From: Bdellovibrionota bacterium
GTDB lineage: Bacteria; Bdellovibrionota_C; UBA2361; JAAYZI01
Length of the DNA: 64,000 bases
Assembly (NCBI GenBank): GCA_050950765.1
Contig: JBMNIF010000002.1
Span: forward strand, 352,001-416,000
Direction: 5' to 3'
The position numbers were made by a program, and so were the translations under genes. Below, piece by piece: positions 47,383-57,681 of the stretch (position 1 is the stretch's first letter; each line of letters opens with the position of its first letter). Under the pieces are notes generated by a model that had not been told where the DNA came from, searched no databases, and saw nothing but the letters and a program-made list of their open reading frames with translations.

Positions 47383-47985
47383 TTATTTAGCTGGATCTGG
47401 CTTAGCAAGCTTCTCTTTTAATTTAAGCAATAAGCCTGAAAACTTCTCTTTCCTGATGATCCCTGCAAACTCGTTACGATAATTATTAACTAATCCGATA
47501 TTTTCAATCACAACATCGTAAACTTTCCACTCTCCATCTTTTTGAACCATGCGGTAATCGATAGGAAAGACATCACCTTTGTAAGTCACAGTTGTTTTAA
47601 CTATCGCTCTTGCTTTACTGATGCGCTCACTATTAACAGCTACAACATCACGTTCAATGCTATCGATTCTATCAAGATACGTTTTAGCTAAAAGCTCAGA
47701 AAATACCTCAATAAACTCCTGTCGCTCTGCTTCCGTTAAATCCTTCCAATACCGACTTAAAGAGCTTTTTGACATCTCAGCAAAATTAAACCGTGCTGTA
47801 ATAACAGTGCGCATCTCTTCTCTACGTTTGGCGGCATTAGCCTGACCTGGTAAAGTTTCAACTACCTGTACAAGTTTATCAATCGTCGATTGAATAATCG
47901 CCTTAGGAGTTTCTGCTAAAACAGTAGATCCTGAAAAAAACAGAGCTCCTATCAAAGAAAACACTAGAAATCCTTTTTTCATCAC
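47383..47985 (-). CDS. mlaC: Phospholipid-shuttling periplasmic protein MlaC
   Basis: Signal peptide; FNF.EM....L.RYW, IDYRM, WKVYDVVIE.I.LV.NYR.EF. Confidence 0.92.
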   Translation of the reverse strand: MMKKGFLVFSLIGALFFSGSTVLAETPKAIIQSTIDKLVQVVETLPGQANAAKRREEMRTVITARFNFAEMSKSSLSRYWKDLTEAERQEFIEVFSELLAKTYLDRIDSIERDVVAVNSERISKARAIVKTTVTYKGDVFPIDYRMVQKDGEWKVYDVVIENIGLVNNYRNEFAGIIRKEKFSGLLLKLKEKLAKPDPAK

Positions 47986-48028
47986 AATTCCTTATCTTTA
48001 AAAATTATAAAATCAACTCTCTTATTGC

Positions 48029-48574
48029 CTATAATTTTTCAGAAGTAGCTTCATCCTCAGTAGCATCTTCCGACTCATTATCTCCAGAAAAATTGTGCAC
48101 GATCTTTCCGATCAGATCTTCAATATCAACGACAGATTCCGTGTCCATAATCTCGTCGCCTTCTTCCAAAAACTCATCAGAACCGCCACGCGAAATCTTA
48201 ACATACTTATCGCCGATAATTCCCTTTGTTCTGATAGCAACGATATCATCAGCACGAATTTTTTCATGTCTAATACGCATCGTTACAACAGCCACAGGAT
48301 CTTCAAAAGAGATATTTATAACCTCTCCGATCTTAACTCCCGCCGCCTCAACAGAAGCCCCTTTTTCTAAGCCGGAGATATTATCAAAACGAGCTTCTAC
48401 AAGATACGAATCGCCGTGTCCGAAGATCTCTAACCCGCCAAGATTCACAGACAGATACGCTGCCGCCGCTAAAGACACTAGAGCAAACAGCCCCACGAAA
48501 AACTCCATACTAAAACTGCGCTTCGGCAATACAACCTCAACACTCTCTTTTTTATTGGATTCTGATTGGTCCAT
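48029..48574 (-). CDS. mlaD: MCE-domain protein MlaD
   Basis: EFFVGLF TM, ARFDNISGL..GA.V..AGV.IG.V, IRTKGIIGDKYV, DIEDLIGK. Confidence 0.92.
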   Translation of the reverse strand: MDQSESNKKESVEVVLPKRSFSMEFFVGLFALVSLAAAAYLSVNLGGLEIFGHGDSYLVEARFDNISGLEKGASVEAAGVKIGEVINISFEDPVAVVTMRIRHEKIRADDIVAIRTKGIIGDKYVKISRGGSDEFLEEGDEIMDTESVVDIEDLIGKIVHNFSGDNESEDATEDEATSEKL

Positions 48575-49310
48575 TTACATCACCTTTTAAAAATTGCCGC
48601 ACGGCAGGATTGCTCGATGCCGAGATTTCAGCAGGCGCACCTTGCTCAACCAACTCCCCGTTAAGCAACATGGCGACCCGATCCGAAACCTGAAAAACCT
48701 CCGGAATCTCATGACTAACCACCACACCGGCAAACTTCCACTTCTTACGACACTCGTTTATCAAATCATAAACTTCTTGTCCGACCAAGGGATCAAGTCC
48801 CGTATTCGGCTCATCAAACAAAAAAACAGACGGCTCTGTAATTAAAGCACGTGCCATCCCAACCCTTTTTCTAATTCCGATCGATATCTCTTGCGGATAA
48901 CGTGCAGCATATGTCGTTAAACTTAACGATTTCAACATCTCCTTTACACGATCATACGCCTCATCTCGTTTCATATTCAAACGGTGAAAAAGAGGAAATG
49001 CTACATTCTCAAAAACAGTTAAAGAATCAAAGAGAGCAGCTGACTGAAAAAGAACACCTAAGCAAGCGCGGATCTGATTTTTTTCTGTTTCACTCTTCGC
49101 ATCTTCTATATTTTTACCGTATATCAAGATCTCTCCCTGATCTGGTTGCAGGATCCCGATAATTAATTTAAGCAAAACACTTTTCCCAACACCACTCGGC
49201 CCAACCACAGCGGTAGTCTTTCCTGGCTCTATCTCTAAACTGACATTATTCAAAACAACCTGCTTTCCAAACCGTTTTGAAACATTACGTACAGAAATCG
49301 GGTTCATCAC
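48552..49310 (-). CDS. mlaF: ABC ATPase MlaF
   Basis: GPSGVGKS, LFQSAALFDSLTV.ENVAFPL, KRVG.ARAL, DEP.TGLDP, VRQFL.G...GPI. Confidence 0.92.
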   Translation of the reverse strand: MMNPISVRNVSKRFGKQVVLNNVSLEIEPGKTTAVVGPSGVGKSVLLKLIIGILQPDQGEILIYGKNIEDAKSETEKNQIRACLGVLFQSAALFDSLTVFENVAFPLFHRLNMKRDEAYDRVKEMLKSLSLTTYAARYPQEISIGIRKRVGMARALITEPSVFLFDEPNTGLDPLVGQEVYDLINECRKKWKFAGVVVSHEIPEVFQVSDRVAMLLNGELVEQGAPAEISASSNPAVRQFLKGDVNGPIRIQ

Positions 49311-50107
49311 TAATCCATAAAAACGGTGGTTAAAATCGTCGTTAAGAAGTAATCCACCACAAGCACTGCCACAGAAGAGGTCACAACCGAACTCGTTGTA
49401 GCCTTATTTACTCCAACAGAACCAAAGCCACATGTGTATCCCTTATAACAACTGACCCAGCCAAAGATAAAACCGAAAACCAACGCCTTAATAATTCCAG
49501 AATGAACATCAAGTAACGTCACAGCAGCAACCATCTGAGCTACAAAAGTTCCACCACTTAGTCCCAACAACCCGACAGCAACCACATAACCACCACCGAT
49601 CCCAACCACAATAAAGATACAGGTTAAAAGCGGCATCGCAATAATACCCGCCAAAAGACGGGGAGCCATTAAATATTTAATCGGATCAACTGCCATTGAA
49701 CGCAAGGCATCAATCTGCTCCGTAATACGCATAATTCCGATCTCTGCCGTCATAGCAGAACCGGCACGTCCAACCACCATTAACGCTGTCAAAACAGGGC
49801 CCAACTCACGAATTAAACTTAACGCTACGGCAGAACCAACATAGGCGGTAGCTCCAAATTGAGAGAGGGTATACTCCCCCTGCACAGCCAACACCGCTCC
49901 CGTAAAGAGACCTATTAAAGAGATAACAAGGGTGGAGAGTGCCCCAACTTGATAAAGTTGTCTTAATAATAACTGAAAATTATACGGAGGAGTGAGTATA
50001 CCGATTATCGTATGAAACACGAACACAACCGACTTGCCCCAACGCTCCAGAAAAGAGATTAAAGATCCCCCCAATTTTTCAACCGCCGCAACTGCACTCA
50101 TAGACAT
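49310..50107 (-). CDS. mlaE: ABC permease MlaE
   Basis: RELGPVLTAL.V.GRAGSAMTAEIG.MRITEQIDAL..MAVDP. Confidence 0.95.
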   Translation of the reverse strand: MSMSAVAAVEKLGGSLISFLERWGKSVVFVFHTIIGILTPPYNFQLLLRQLYQVGALSTLVISLIGLFTGAVLAVQGEYTLSQFGATAYVGSAVALSLIRELGPVLTALMVVGRAGSAMTAEIGIMRITEQIDALRSMAVDPIKYLMAPRLLAGIIAMPLLTCIFIVVGIGGGYVVAVGLLGLSGGTFVAQMVAAVTLLDVHSGIIKALVFGFIFGWVSCYKGYTCGFGSVGVNKATTSSVVTSSVAVLVVDYFLTTILTTVFMD

Positions 50108-50182
50108 TACCTAATCAATAACAAAAAACGGGTCTGAGACACGCTCATCCCCTTTCGCGCAAAAACACCGCCACTCTTAAAC

Positions 50183-50785
50183 CTACTCACCTTTAAACCC
50201 CATTCCAACTACATAGAACTCGGTGGAAGATCTTCTAGAAGAGTCTAACTCTTCCCTCTTACATACTTTAAACACAGAGCGCACACTTTGCACAAATTCC
50301 TGCGCCTCTGGACTCATAAAAACTTTCACAACTAAGGAGCCGTCCTTTTTTAAAACCCGTTTCGCAATATTAAGCGCTGCACCTGCTAGAGCTGCAGCTC
50401 CACACATATCAACTTCTCTAATACCAGTTAGTTTAGGGGAAAGATCTGAAAGCACAACATCAAATCGTTGCCTTGTTTCGGAAAACATCTTTTCAAGCGC
50501 TACATCATCAAAAACATCACCTTGATAGATCTTAATATTAGGTTCGGCAAAGCCTTTAATCTCAGCTAAATCTATTCCTACCGCCAATCCATTATCTCCG
50601 ATCTTATCTGCTGAATATTGCAACCACCCTCCCGGCCACGCCCCGAGATCAAGGACATCCATCCCTTTAGAAAAAAGTTTGTATTTTTTATCTAACTCCT
50701 CAATCTTATAAAACGCTCGACACCGTTGCCCTTCTGATTTCGCTTTATTATAAAAACTATCTTTCCTTTTGTACTTAGCAGACAT
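50183..50785 (-). CDS. rlmE: 23S rRNA Um2552 methyltransferase
   Basis: D.FY.KAK.EG.R.RA.YK..E, DLGAWPGGW, VLSDLSP, SR..S.EFY. Confidence 0.93.
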   Translation of the reverse strand: MSAKYKRKDSFYNKAKSEGQRCRAFYKIEELDKKYKLFSKGMDVLDLGAWPGGWLQYSADKIGDNGLAVGIDLAEIKGFAEPNIKIYQGDVFDDVALEKMFSETRQRFDVVLSDLSPKLTGIREVDMCGAAALAGAALNIAKRVLKKDGSLVVKVFMSPEAQEFVQSVRSVFKVCKREELDSSRRSSTEFYVVGMGFKGE

Positions 50786-51093
50786 TACAGTTTTTCCCTT
50801 CCTCCCGCATGACTTTTTCGGTAAAGAGTAACCTGTTCATCGAAAGGGCACCACAGGGAAGTAACATTTATCTCCACAATTACCAATAAAATCAATAATA
50901 TTCCATAGTTAAAAGCATAAGTGCAACATCTTAGCTGTTACACAACTTTCTCCATATCCTTATAAAAACACCAATTCTTCTATTTTTTGCCCAAAAACAG
51001 AAGTTTTTTCTCGCCTTAAGCCGATAGCCTCTCTAAAGTGTATAGATACAACAGAGGTATCGTATCTTCGTATAACCTCTTAAAAGAGTAAAA

Positions 51094-51438
51094 ATGGGGC
51101 GTTTAGTCGTTATAAAAGATATAGGCTATCAAGAATATAAAGATCTGATAGCGAAAGGTCTAGAAGCTAAAGATCTGGGGCGATCTCTTCTCGCCGACTC
51201 AGATAAAAACGCTCCGCTCTTAACAAAAAAATCATGGGCGGTACGTGCTTCCATTATTTGCATTATTATCTCACTTCTTTTGGCGATCTACATCGCCATC
51301 CAGTTCTCAAAAGATCTTTCTAATGACGGAGATTCTGCAATCCTTCAACTACTTAACTTTAATTCAATTACAACGAACCTTAACTACCTTTCCCCCTCCT
51401 CTTTTTTTCTAACTTCCGAACCTAGACACTTTTTTTAA
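51094..51438 (+). CDS. Hypothetical single-TM protein
   Basis: 114-aa ORF with AGAG upstream and one hydrophobic helix; no family recognised. Confidence 0.55.
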   Translation: MGRLVVIKDIGYQEYKDLIAKGLEAKDLGRSLLADSDKNAPLLTKKSWAVRASIICIIISLLLAIYIAIQFSKDLSNDGDSAILQLLNFNSITTNLNYLSPSSFFLTSEPRHFF

Positions 51439-51523
51439 AAAAGCTTTTAACTAAAGAATACCTCTCCTGCTTTAGATTAAAAAAGCTTCTAGCTAAAGAA
51501 TACCTCTCCTGCTTTAAATTAAA
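51437..51523. repeat. Two tandem ~42-bp direct repeats
   Basis: AAAAGCTT.TA.CTAAAGAATACCTCTCCTGCTTTA.ATTAAA, twice. Confidence 0.75.
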
Positions 51524-51576
51524 GTAGAGTACTAAAAACTCCTCTCTCCGCAGAAAAGGCACTCTCACATATTATC

Positions 51577-53067
51577 CTAGTAAGTTTTAAGCAGCACAAA
51601 CCGTTTCATACCTGCAGTTTCAACAACCAGTCGAATCCCGTCAGAAAGGTTATGCTTCTTTATCTCAGCTAAGAACTCTTGACTACTTTTTACATCTTTC
51701 CCAGCAACCTTTAAAATAACATCCCAAGGTTGAATCCCTGAATTAGCTGCCACTCCGTAAGGGGTAACACTCATAACCACTACGGAACCTTCAGTTCTAA
51801 AACCGAGTTGCCGACGAAGGTGCGGCGTTAATGTCTCCACATTTAACCCGAGATCAGAAACCGAACTGCGCGACTGCTGCCACGTTCCTGTACTTCCATC
51901 TTGCAGCTCTTCAATTCTCACCTTAAAAGTCTTGATCTTGCCATCTCTAAAAACCTCTACGGGGACTCGACTCTTCGGGGCAGTAGCGGCTACTGCAAGA
52001 CGTAACTGATTGACATCCTTTATCTTTTTCCCATTAAACTTTACAATAATATCTTCAGAACGTAAGCCCGCTTTTTCAGCTGGTCCATCTGGGGTGACAT
52101 CTCCGATTAGAGCGCCCTCCGTACCGGAATAATTAAAGGAAGCTCCCAAATCTTCCGTTATGTTTTGAATAGCAACACCGAGCCAGCCACGCACGACCTT
52201 TCCGTTTTTAGCCAAACTCTCTAAAACACTTTTGGCGAGGTTAATCGGTATGGCGAACCCAATCCCCATATATCCGCCACTCTTACTGAAGATTGCAGAA
52301 TTAATCCCAACAACCTCACCGTACAGATTCACCAACGGTCCACCACTATTACCTGGATTAATAGCGGCATCTGTTTGAATGTAATCTTCATACTTCATGC
52401 CTCCAGGTGAGATTGAACGTCCCTTCGCACTAACAACACCCGTTGTAATAGTATGCTCCAAGCCGAAAGGATTTCCCACAGCAACAACCCATTCTCCGAT
52501 CTTTAATTTATCAGAATCTCCTAATTTCAGAGGGGTAAGTTTCTTATCCGATTTAATCTTTAAAATAGCTAGATCCGTTCCGGAATCAGCTCCTACGATC
52601 TCGGCTTTATAGATATGGTTATCATGCAATTTAACTTCAACCTCATCAGCCCCTTCAATAACGTGATTATTGGTTAAAATATGTCCGTCATCATCAATAA
52701 TAAATCCCGTTCCCATTCCACTTTGTTGCTTGTAGCTTTGCCTACCCCGTGGAGGAGTGCCCCTCCCTTGAGGAAAGTTTTCATCGGGGAAAAGTTGATT
52801 AAAAAACTCCTCTCCAAAAAACTCTTCTAAGGGCACCACCCTTCTACCGTTAAAAGGCACACTGCGGAAGGTGCGCACCCCAGCATTAATATTCTGCACG
52901 GCGCTAATATTGACCACACTCGGCATAACTGTTTCCGCAACGTGTGAAAATGCCTGCGACAACGCTTGCGCCTGCTCGATAGATCTATCTATATCTTCAG
53001 CCTGTACATTATAGGAACATAAACAAAAAGATAGAGCGAACAACTTAATGATCTTAAACGACTTCAT
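51577..53067 (-). CDS. HtrA-family periplasmic serine protease (DegP/DegQ; two PDZ domains)
   Basis: Signal peptide; LTNNHV, TDLA, IQTDAAINPGNSGGPL, GIGFAIP; two PDZ domains. Confidence 0.95.
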   Translation of the reverse strand: MKSFKIIKLFALSFCLCSYNVQAEDIDRSIEQAQALSQAFSHVAETVMPSVVNISAVQNINAGVRTFRSVPFNGRRVVPLEEFFGEEFFNQLFPDENFPQGRGTPPRGRQSYKQQSGMGTGFIIDDDGHILTNNHVIEGADEVEVKLHDNHIYKAEIVGADSGTDLAILKIKSDKKLTPLKLGDSDKLKIGEWVVAVGNPFGLEHTITTGVVSAKGRSISPGGMKYEDYIQTDAAINPGNSGGPLVNLYGEVVGINSAIFSKSGGYMGIGFAIPINLAKSVLESLAKNGKVVRGWLGVAIQNITEDLGASFNYSGTEGALIGDVTPDGPAEKAGLRSEDIIVKFNGKKIKDVNQLRLAVAATAPKSRVPVEVFRDGKIKTFKVRIEELQDGSTGTWQQSRSSVSDLGLNVETLTPHLRRQLGFRTEGSVVVMSVTPYGVAANSGIQPWDVILKVAGKDVKSSQEFLAEIKKHNLSDGIRLVVETAGMKRFVLLKTY

Positions 53068-53286
53068 TTATCTCCTCCATAACATTACGTAATAACTTTT
53101 CTTATTATAAAATTTCACTCGTCCACTTGTGTCTTTGACGATAGAACAACTCCCCATATTCATGATTTTTTATTTTTTCTTTATTATCACAAGTCATAAT
53201 AAACGACACATAATTGATCTTATTACCTTTTAATACTATTATTTAGCAGTTCTTTAAACAGCACTCTGAATAAGGAGTATCCCCAG

Positions 53287-54624
53287 ATGATTATAATGAA
53301 GTTCGGAGGCAGTTCTTTACGAGATGCCACACGAATCAATGAAGTTATTTCTTTGATTCGGGAATATCTAAATGAGCACCCCATCATCGTCTGTTCTGCA
53401 CTTGGCAGCACCACTAACAACTTACTTGAAGCTGGGCAAGGTGCGCTTTCGGGAGATGTCACCATTGAAAAGATTAAATCTGATCACCTTAAAATTATTA
53501 CAGACCTAAATCTCTCTCAAGAAGAGATCACACCTCTCTTCACAGAATTAACCGATCTCTTACAAGGGATCGCCGTACTACAAAAACTAACTAAAAAAAC
53601 GACAGATGCTTTAATGTCTTTCGGAGAGAGGCTCTCCGTTCGCATTATAGCCGCTGCACTATCAAAAAACGGTATCGCTGCAAAGCCGTTTGATGCTTTT
53701 GATCTAGGCTTTCTAACAGATTCTAAATTTAACAACGCTGAAATTCTACCAGAAACATATACAAATCTCCGTAAAAACTGCGCTGCTTTTTCAGACTATC
53801 ACTACACCCCTATCGTCACCGGTTTTATTGCAAAAGATCAGGAAGGTAACATCACAACACTAGGTAGAAGCGGCAGTGATTTAACAGCATCTACCCTTGG
53901 AGCAGCTTTAAATGTACGCGAAGTTCAGGTCTGGAAAGATGTGGATGGTTTACTAACAACAGACCCACGTATTGTAAAAGCAGCCCGTCCTGTCGGAGAT
54001 GTTTCATTCGAAGAGGCTTCAGAGTTAGCTTATTTCGGCGCTAAGGTCTTACACCCCTTAGCCATTCAACCAGCTATGGCGTACAACATCCCTGTTAGAG
54101 TTAAGAACTCTTACAATAAAAACCATCCAGGTACACTTATTACCGCCAAACGTGAAGCACCTGTTGCCCTCCTAAAAGCGCTAACAACAAAACGAAACGT
54201 TACCCTGATCGACCTTTTCTCTTCGCAGATGCTCGGTCAATACGGCTTTTTAGCCCGTGTTTTTCAGATCTTTGATGAACACAAGATCTCCGTTGATATG
54301 GTTGCAACTAGTGAAGTTAGCGTTTCTTTAACCTTAGATAAGAACTTTGAACTTAAAACTGCCGTTCATGATCTCCAACAGATAGCTTCTGTCCACGTCG
54401 GATACGATAAAGCTATTATCAGTTTAATCGGCGATATCTCTCGTTCATCAGAGATCCTTCATCTCGCTTTTGGTACACTCCATGCTATCGGTATTAATGT
54501 GCAGATGATCTCTTTAGGCGCTTCTAAGGTCAATATCGGTCTAATTGTAGAAGACTCTCAAGCGGAGGATTGTATTAAAGAACTTCACAAAGTATTTTTT
54601 GAAACAGAAAACGAGGCAGCATGA
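53287..54624 (+). CDS. lysC: Aspartate kinase (monofunctional, two ACT domains)
   Basis: MKFGGSS, SFGERLS, TTLGRSGSD, WKDVDG..T.DPR, ELAYFGAKVLHP, VATSEVSVS. Confidence 0.95.
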   Translation: MIIMKFGGSSLRDATRINEVISLIREYLNEHPIIVCSALGSTTNNLLEAGQGALSGDVTIEKIKSDHLKIITDLNLSQEEITPLFTELTDLLQGIAVLQKLTKKTTDALMSFGERLSVRIIAAALSKNGIAAKPFDAFDLGFLTDSKFNNAEILPETYTNLRKNCAAFSDYHYTPIVTGFIAKDQEGNITTLGRSGSDLTASTLGAALNVREVQVWKDVDGLLTTDPRIVKAARPVGDVSFEEASELAYFGAKVLHPLAIQPAMAYNIPVRVKNSYNKNHPGTLITAKREAPVALLKALTTKRNVTLIDLFSSQMLGQYGFLARVFQIFDEHKISVDMVATSEVSVSLTLDKNFELKTAVHDLQQIASVHVGYDKAIISLIGDISRSSEILHLAFGTLHAIGINVQMISLGASKVNIGLIVEDSQAEDCIKELHKVFFETENEAA

Positions 54625-55361
54625 AAATAGGAGTTATCGGTTACGGCAAAATGGGAAAGTTAATCCGTGAGGTGGCGCTTACAAGGGGACACACCGTTAC
54701 TACCATAGATCCTTTTGCTGCTGATGCCGATTTTAAACAGATTACCGCTGAATCCGTAGCTGATGTGTCTGTATGCATAGATTTTACAACTCCCACCGTT
54801 GTTATAGAGAACATAGAAAAGTTAATCTCATTAAAGAAGGGGATCGTAGTCGGTACTACCGGCTGGTACGATAAGGTGGATTATGTAAAAAATCTGGTTG
54901 ATAAAAACGAGGTTGCTTTAATGTACGCCTCTAATTTTTCACTCGGGGTTAATATCTTTTATCAGATTGTCAGACGAGCAGCAGCGCTAATGAACAAAGT
55001 CGATAACTATGATGTCTGCGGCATTGAGTACCACCACTCCCAAAAAGCAGATAGCCCCTCCGGCACTGCACAAACCTTATCAGAGATAATTTTATCTGAG
55101 ATGCAACGTAAAGAAAAAGTAGTTTTTGATATCGTTGATCGCAAGATTGAACCTAAAGAGCTACACTTTGCCAGTGTACGGTGCGGGTCTTTTCCAGGCA
55201 CACATGAGATCTCTTTTGATTCATCGGCAGATACGATTTCATTAAAACACACCGCTAGAAACCGTGACGGTTTCGCCTATGGTGCTGTTTTAGCAGCGGA
55301 GTGGATCAGCTGCTCTAAAGGTTTTTTTACAATAGATGATTTTATCACCTCTATTTTATAA
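54621..55361 (+). CDS. dapB: 4-hydroxy-tetrahydrodipicolinate reductase
   Basis: GYGKMG, IDFT.P, VVGTTG, NFSLGV, EYHH.QK.DSPSGTA, H.A.NR.GFA.GA. Confidence 0.95.
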   Translation: MKIGVIGYGKMGKLIREVALTRGHTVTTIDPFAADADFKQITAESVADVSVCIDFTTPTVVIENIEKLISLKKGIVVGTTGWYDKVDYVKNLVDKNEVALMYASNFSLGVNIFYQIVRRAAALMNKVDNYDVCGIEYHHSQKADSPSGTAQTLSEIILSEMQRKEKVVFDIVDRKIEPKELHFASVRCGSFPGTHEISFDSSADTISLKHTARNRDGFAYGAVLAAEWISCSKGFFTIDDFITSIL

Positions 55362-55403
55362 TATTTGCGAAGAAGTTTTTCATTAAATAAAAAGGGACTG
55401 CTC

Positions 55404-56312
55404 ATGAAAATTAAAGGTGTTTATACGGCACTTGTCACACCATTTACCGGAGTCAATAACACTTCCGTTAATTACACTGTCCTTAAAGAAAACATTCGCT
55501 TTCAATTAGAGTCCGGCATCTCGGGGCTTGTTCCTCTCGGAACAACGGGCGAAACTCCAACTCTTACCAAAGAAGAGCAGATTAAAATTATCAACTGCAC
55601 TGTTTCAGAAGCTAAAGGTAAAGCCGTTATCCTTGTCGGAACAGGTACTAATTCAACGGCAAGCACTATTGAAAACACTCTACGCGCTAAAGATCTGGGA
55701 GCGGATGCTGCTCTTATCGTAACTCCGTACTACAACAAACCGACACAAGAGGGGCTCTATCGTCATTTTGCTGCTGTGGCAGAAGCTGCCGACCTTCCAC
55801 TTGTAGTTTACAATATAAAGGGACGCTCTTGTGTAAACATAGAAACTGCCACGATGTTTCGCTTAGCAAAGATCCCCCAAGTTGTAGCGGTAAAAGAAGC
55901 TTCGGGAGATATCGGGCAGATCGGAGATGTTGTTAAAGAGCTTGCTTCCGATAAGTTTTCAGTTATGAGTGGTGATGATGGCTTAACACTACCAGCTATG
56001 GCACTTGGTGCCGCAGGTGTTGTCTCTGTACTATCAAACCTATTACCGAAAGAGGTTGTTGCTTTAGTTTCTGCAGCAGCTTCAAACGATATCACAGCTG
56101 CCCGTAAGATTCATTACCACCTCCTTCCACTTTTTAAAGCAATTTTTATTGAAACAAATCCGATTCCGATCAAGGCTGCTATGAATTTATGTGGTATACC
56201 GTGCGGTGGTCACCGTTTACCTCTCTGCGAAATGAAGCAGGAGAACCTTGAAAAACTTATCTCTGTTTTACAAGAGTTGAAAATTATCAAAGGATTATCT
56301 AACGCAGTTTAG
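55404..56312 (+). CDS. dapA: 4-hydroxy-tetrahydrodipicolinate synthase
   Basis: TALVTPF, GTTGE.PTL, TPYYNKP.Q, YN..GR, KEASG, SGDD, ETNPIPIK. Confidence 0.95.
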   Translation: MKIKGVYTALVTPFTGVNNTSVNYTVLKENIRFQLESGISGLVPLGTTGETPTLTKEEQIKIINCTVSEAKGKAVILVGTGTNSTASTIENTLRAKDLGADAALIVTPYYNKPTQEGLYRHFAAVAEAADLPLVVYNIKGRSCVNIETATMFRLAKIPQVVAVKEASGDIGQIGDVVKELASDKFSVMSGDDGLTLPAMALGAAGVVSVLSNLLPKEVVALVSAAASNDITAARKIHYHLLPLFKAIFIETNPIPIKAAMNLCGIPCGGHRLPLCEMKQENLEKLISVLQELKIIKGLSNAV

Positions 56313-56380
56313 TAAGCTTGTATGTTTTCTGCCTTACTTATTAAAGTTTAATTATTATTGCACGATTTTTACGGAGTATC

Positions 56381-57223
56381 ATGGATAAATTACATTTTAC
56401 GAAAATGGAGGGTACAGGCAACGATTACATCTATATAGATTGTTTAAATTGCGAGATGCCTCAACTCTCTGCCCCTGAAATTACTCGCCTTTGCGATAGA
56501 CACTTCGGCATCGGTGCAGATGGCGTCGTTTTTATTTTACCCTCTGAAACAGCCGATTTTAGAATGCGTATGTTTAACGTTAATGGTACTGAAGCAGAGA
56601 TGTGCGGCAATGCTTCTCGTAGCATCGGAGTCTATCTTTATAATCGCGGCAAAACTGAAAAGACGAATATTAAATTGGAGACAAAAGGCGGCATTAAGGA
56701 TCTATTTTTAAATATTGAAAATAACCTCGCCACCTCAGTCTGTGTCGATATGGGGATCCCTTCCTTAACTCCCGCACACATCCCAGTTATTAGTGACAAA
56801 GAAAAAGCCATTAACGATACAATTCTAATTGATGGACGCACTCTATACATGAGCTGTGTCTCTATGGGAAATCCGCACGCCGTGTTTTTTGTATCAGAGA
56901 TAACGGATGAGCACGTCCTAACATGGGGACCTCAAATAGAGACACATCCGTTATTCCCTAAACATACCAACGTTGAGTTCGTACAGATTATCTCCAAAAC
57001 AGAGATGCGAATGCGTGTCTGGGAACGGGGTACTGGAGAAACTTTAGCTTGTGGAACAGGAGCGTGCGCTGCACTTGTAGCAGCCTCTTTAAACGGATTA
57101 TCTGATGATAAGGCAACAGTGCATCTACTGGGAGGAGACCTTAAGGTCGAATGGAGAGACGACGATCACGTTTATCAGACAGGACCTGCAAAGATAGTTT
57201 TTGATGGCACTTTTATATTTTAA
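56381..57223 (+). CDS. dapF: Diaminopimelate epimerase
   Basis: FTKM.G.GND, DRHFGIGADG, EMCGN, SMGNPH, NVEF, WERG.GETLACGTGACA. Confidence 0.96.
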   Translation: MDKLHFTKMEGTGNDYIYIDCLNCEMPQLSAPEITRLCDRHFGIGADGVVFILPSETADFRMRMFNVNGTEAEMCGNASRSIGVYLYNRGKTEKTNIKLETKGGIKDLFLNIENNLATSVCVDMGIPSLTPAHIPVISDKEKAINDTILIDGRTLYMSCVSMGNPHAVFFVSEITDEHVLTWGPQIETHPLFPKHTNVEFVQIISKTEMRMRVWERGTGETLACGTGACAALVAASLNGLSDDKATVHLLGGDLKVEWRDDDHVYQTGPAKIVFDGTFIF

Positions 57224-57391
57224 CGCCCCTCCCCCTAAGAGCCTAACTCCTTAATAATAAAGGATATATAGGTCACTATCAAGGCATCTGCCGTATTTGT
57301 GCCACCACTACAAACACCTTTCAAACCCTATTACATCCGAGCCTTACAAAAACTTGAGTTACTTATCAATCATGGTGTATCCTCACCTTAT

Positions 57392-57633
57392 ATAACGGAG
57401 CTGCGTCTCTTACGGAGTGTCAAGATTGAGGCAGTGATAGTCTTCTGCATTATTCATGATAATTCATACAAAAAAACAGTAACGAATTATCATGAATGAT
57501 ACAGGCAAAAAGGAGTTAAGTGTATTTTTATTCCTCCTTTTCTGTTTGATCTATTACTAATACTAAGTTGTCTTCTGTATCTCAATCGCAATCCCCTTTG
57601 CGATACTCACACCGCAAGTAGTGTCTTCGTTAT
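57392..57633 (+). promoter_or_regulatory. Highly structured 5' leader of rnc (candidate RNase III autoregulatory element or ncRNA)
   Basis: Nested stems: 57392-57400 with 57625-57633; 57424-57430 with 57581-57587; a 22-bp stem 57444-57465 with 57484-57505; 57508-57515 with 57534-57541. A possible promoter TTGAGT-18-TATCCT lies at 57354-57383. Confidence 0.6.
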
Positions 57634-57681
57634 CTCTTATTTAATTAAGATTTTTTTACAGCAAAAAAATAAGGATAAACT

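Noticed and set aside
53068..53286. Lysine riboswitch upstream of lysC
   Set aside because: Short AT-rich divergent promoter region with no recognisable L-box stems or terminator.
57299..57499. 66-aa ORF upstream of rnc
   Set aside because: GTG start without an RBS; it overlaps the putative promoter and structured leader.
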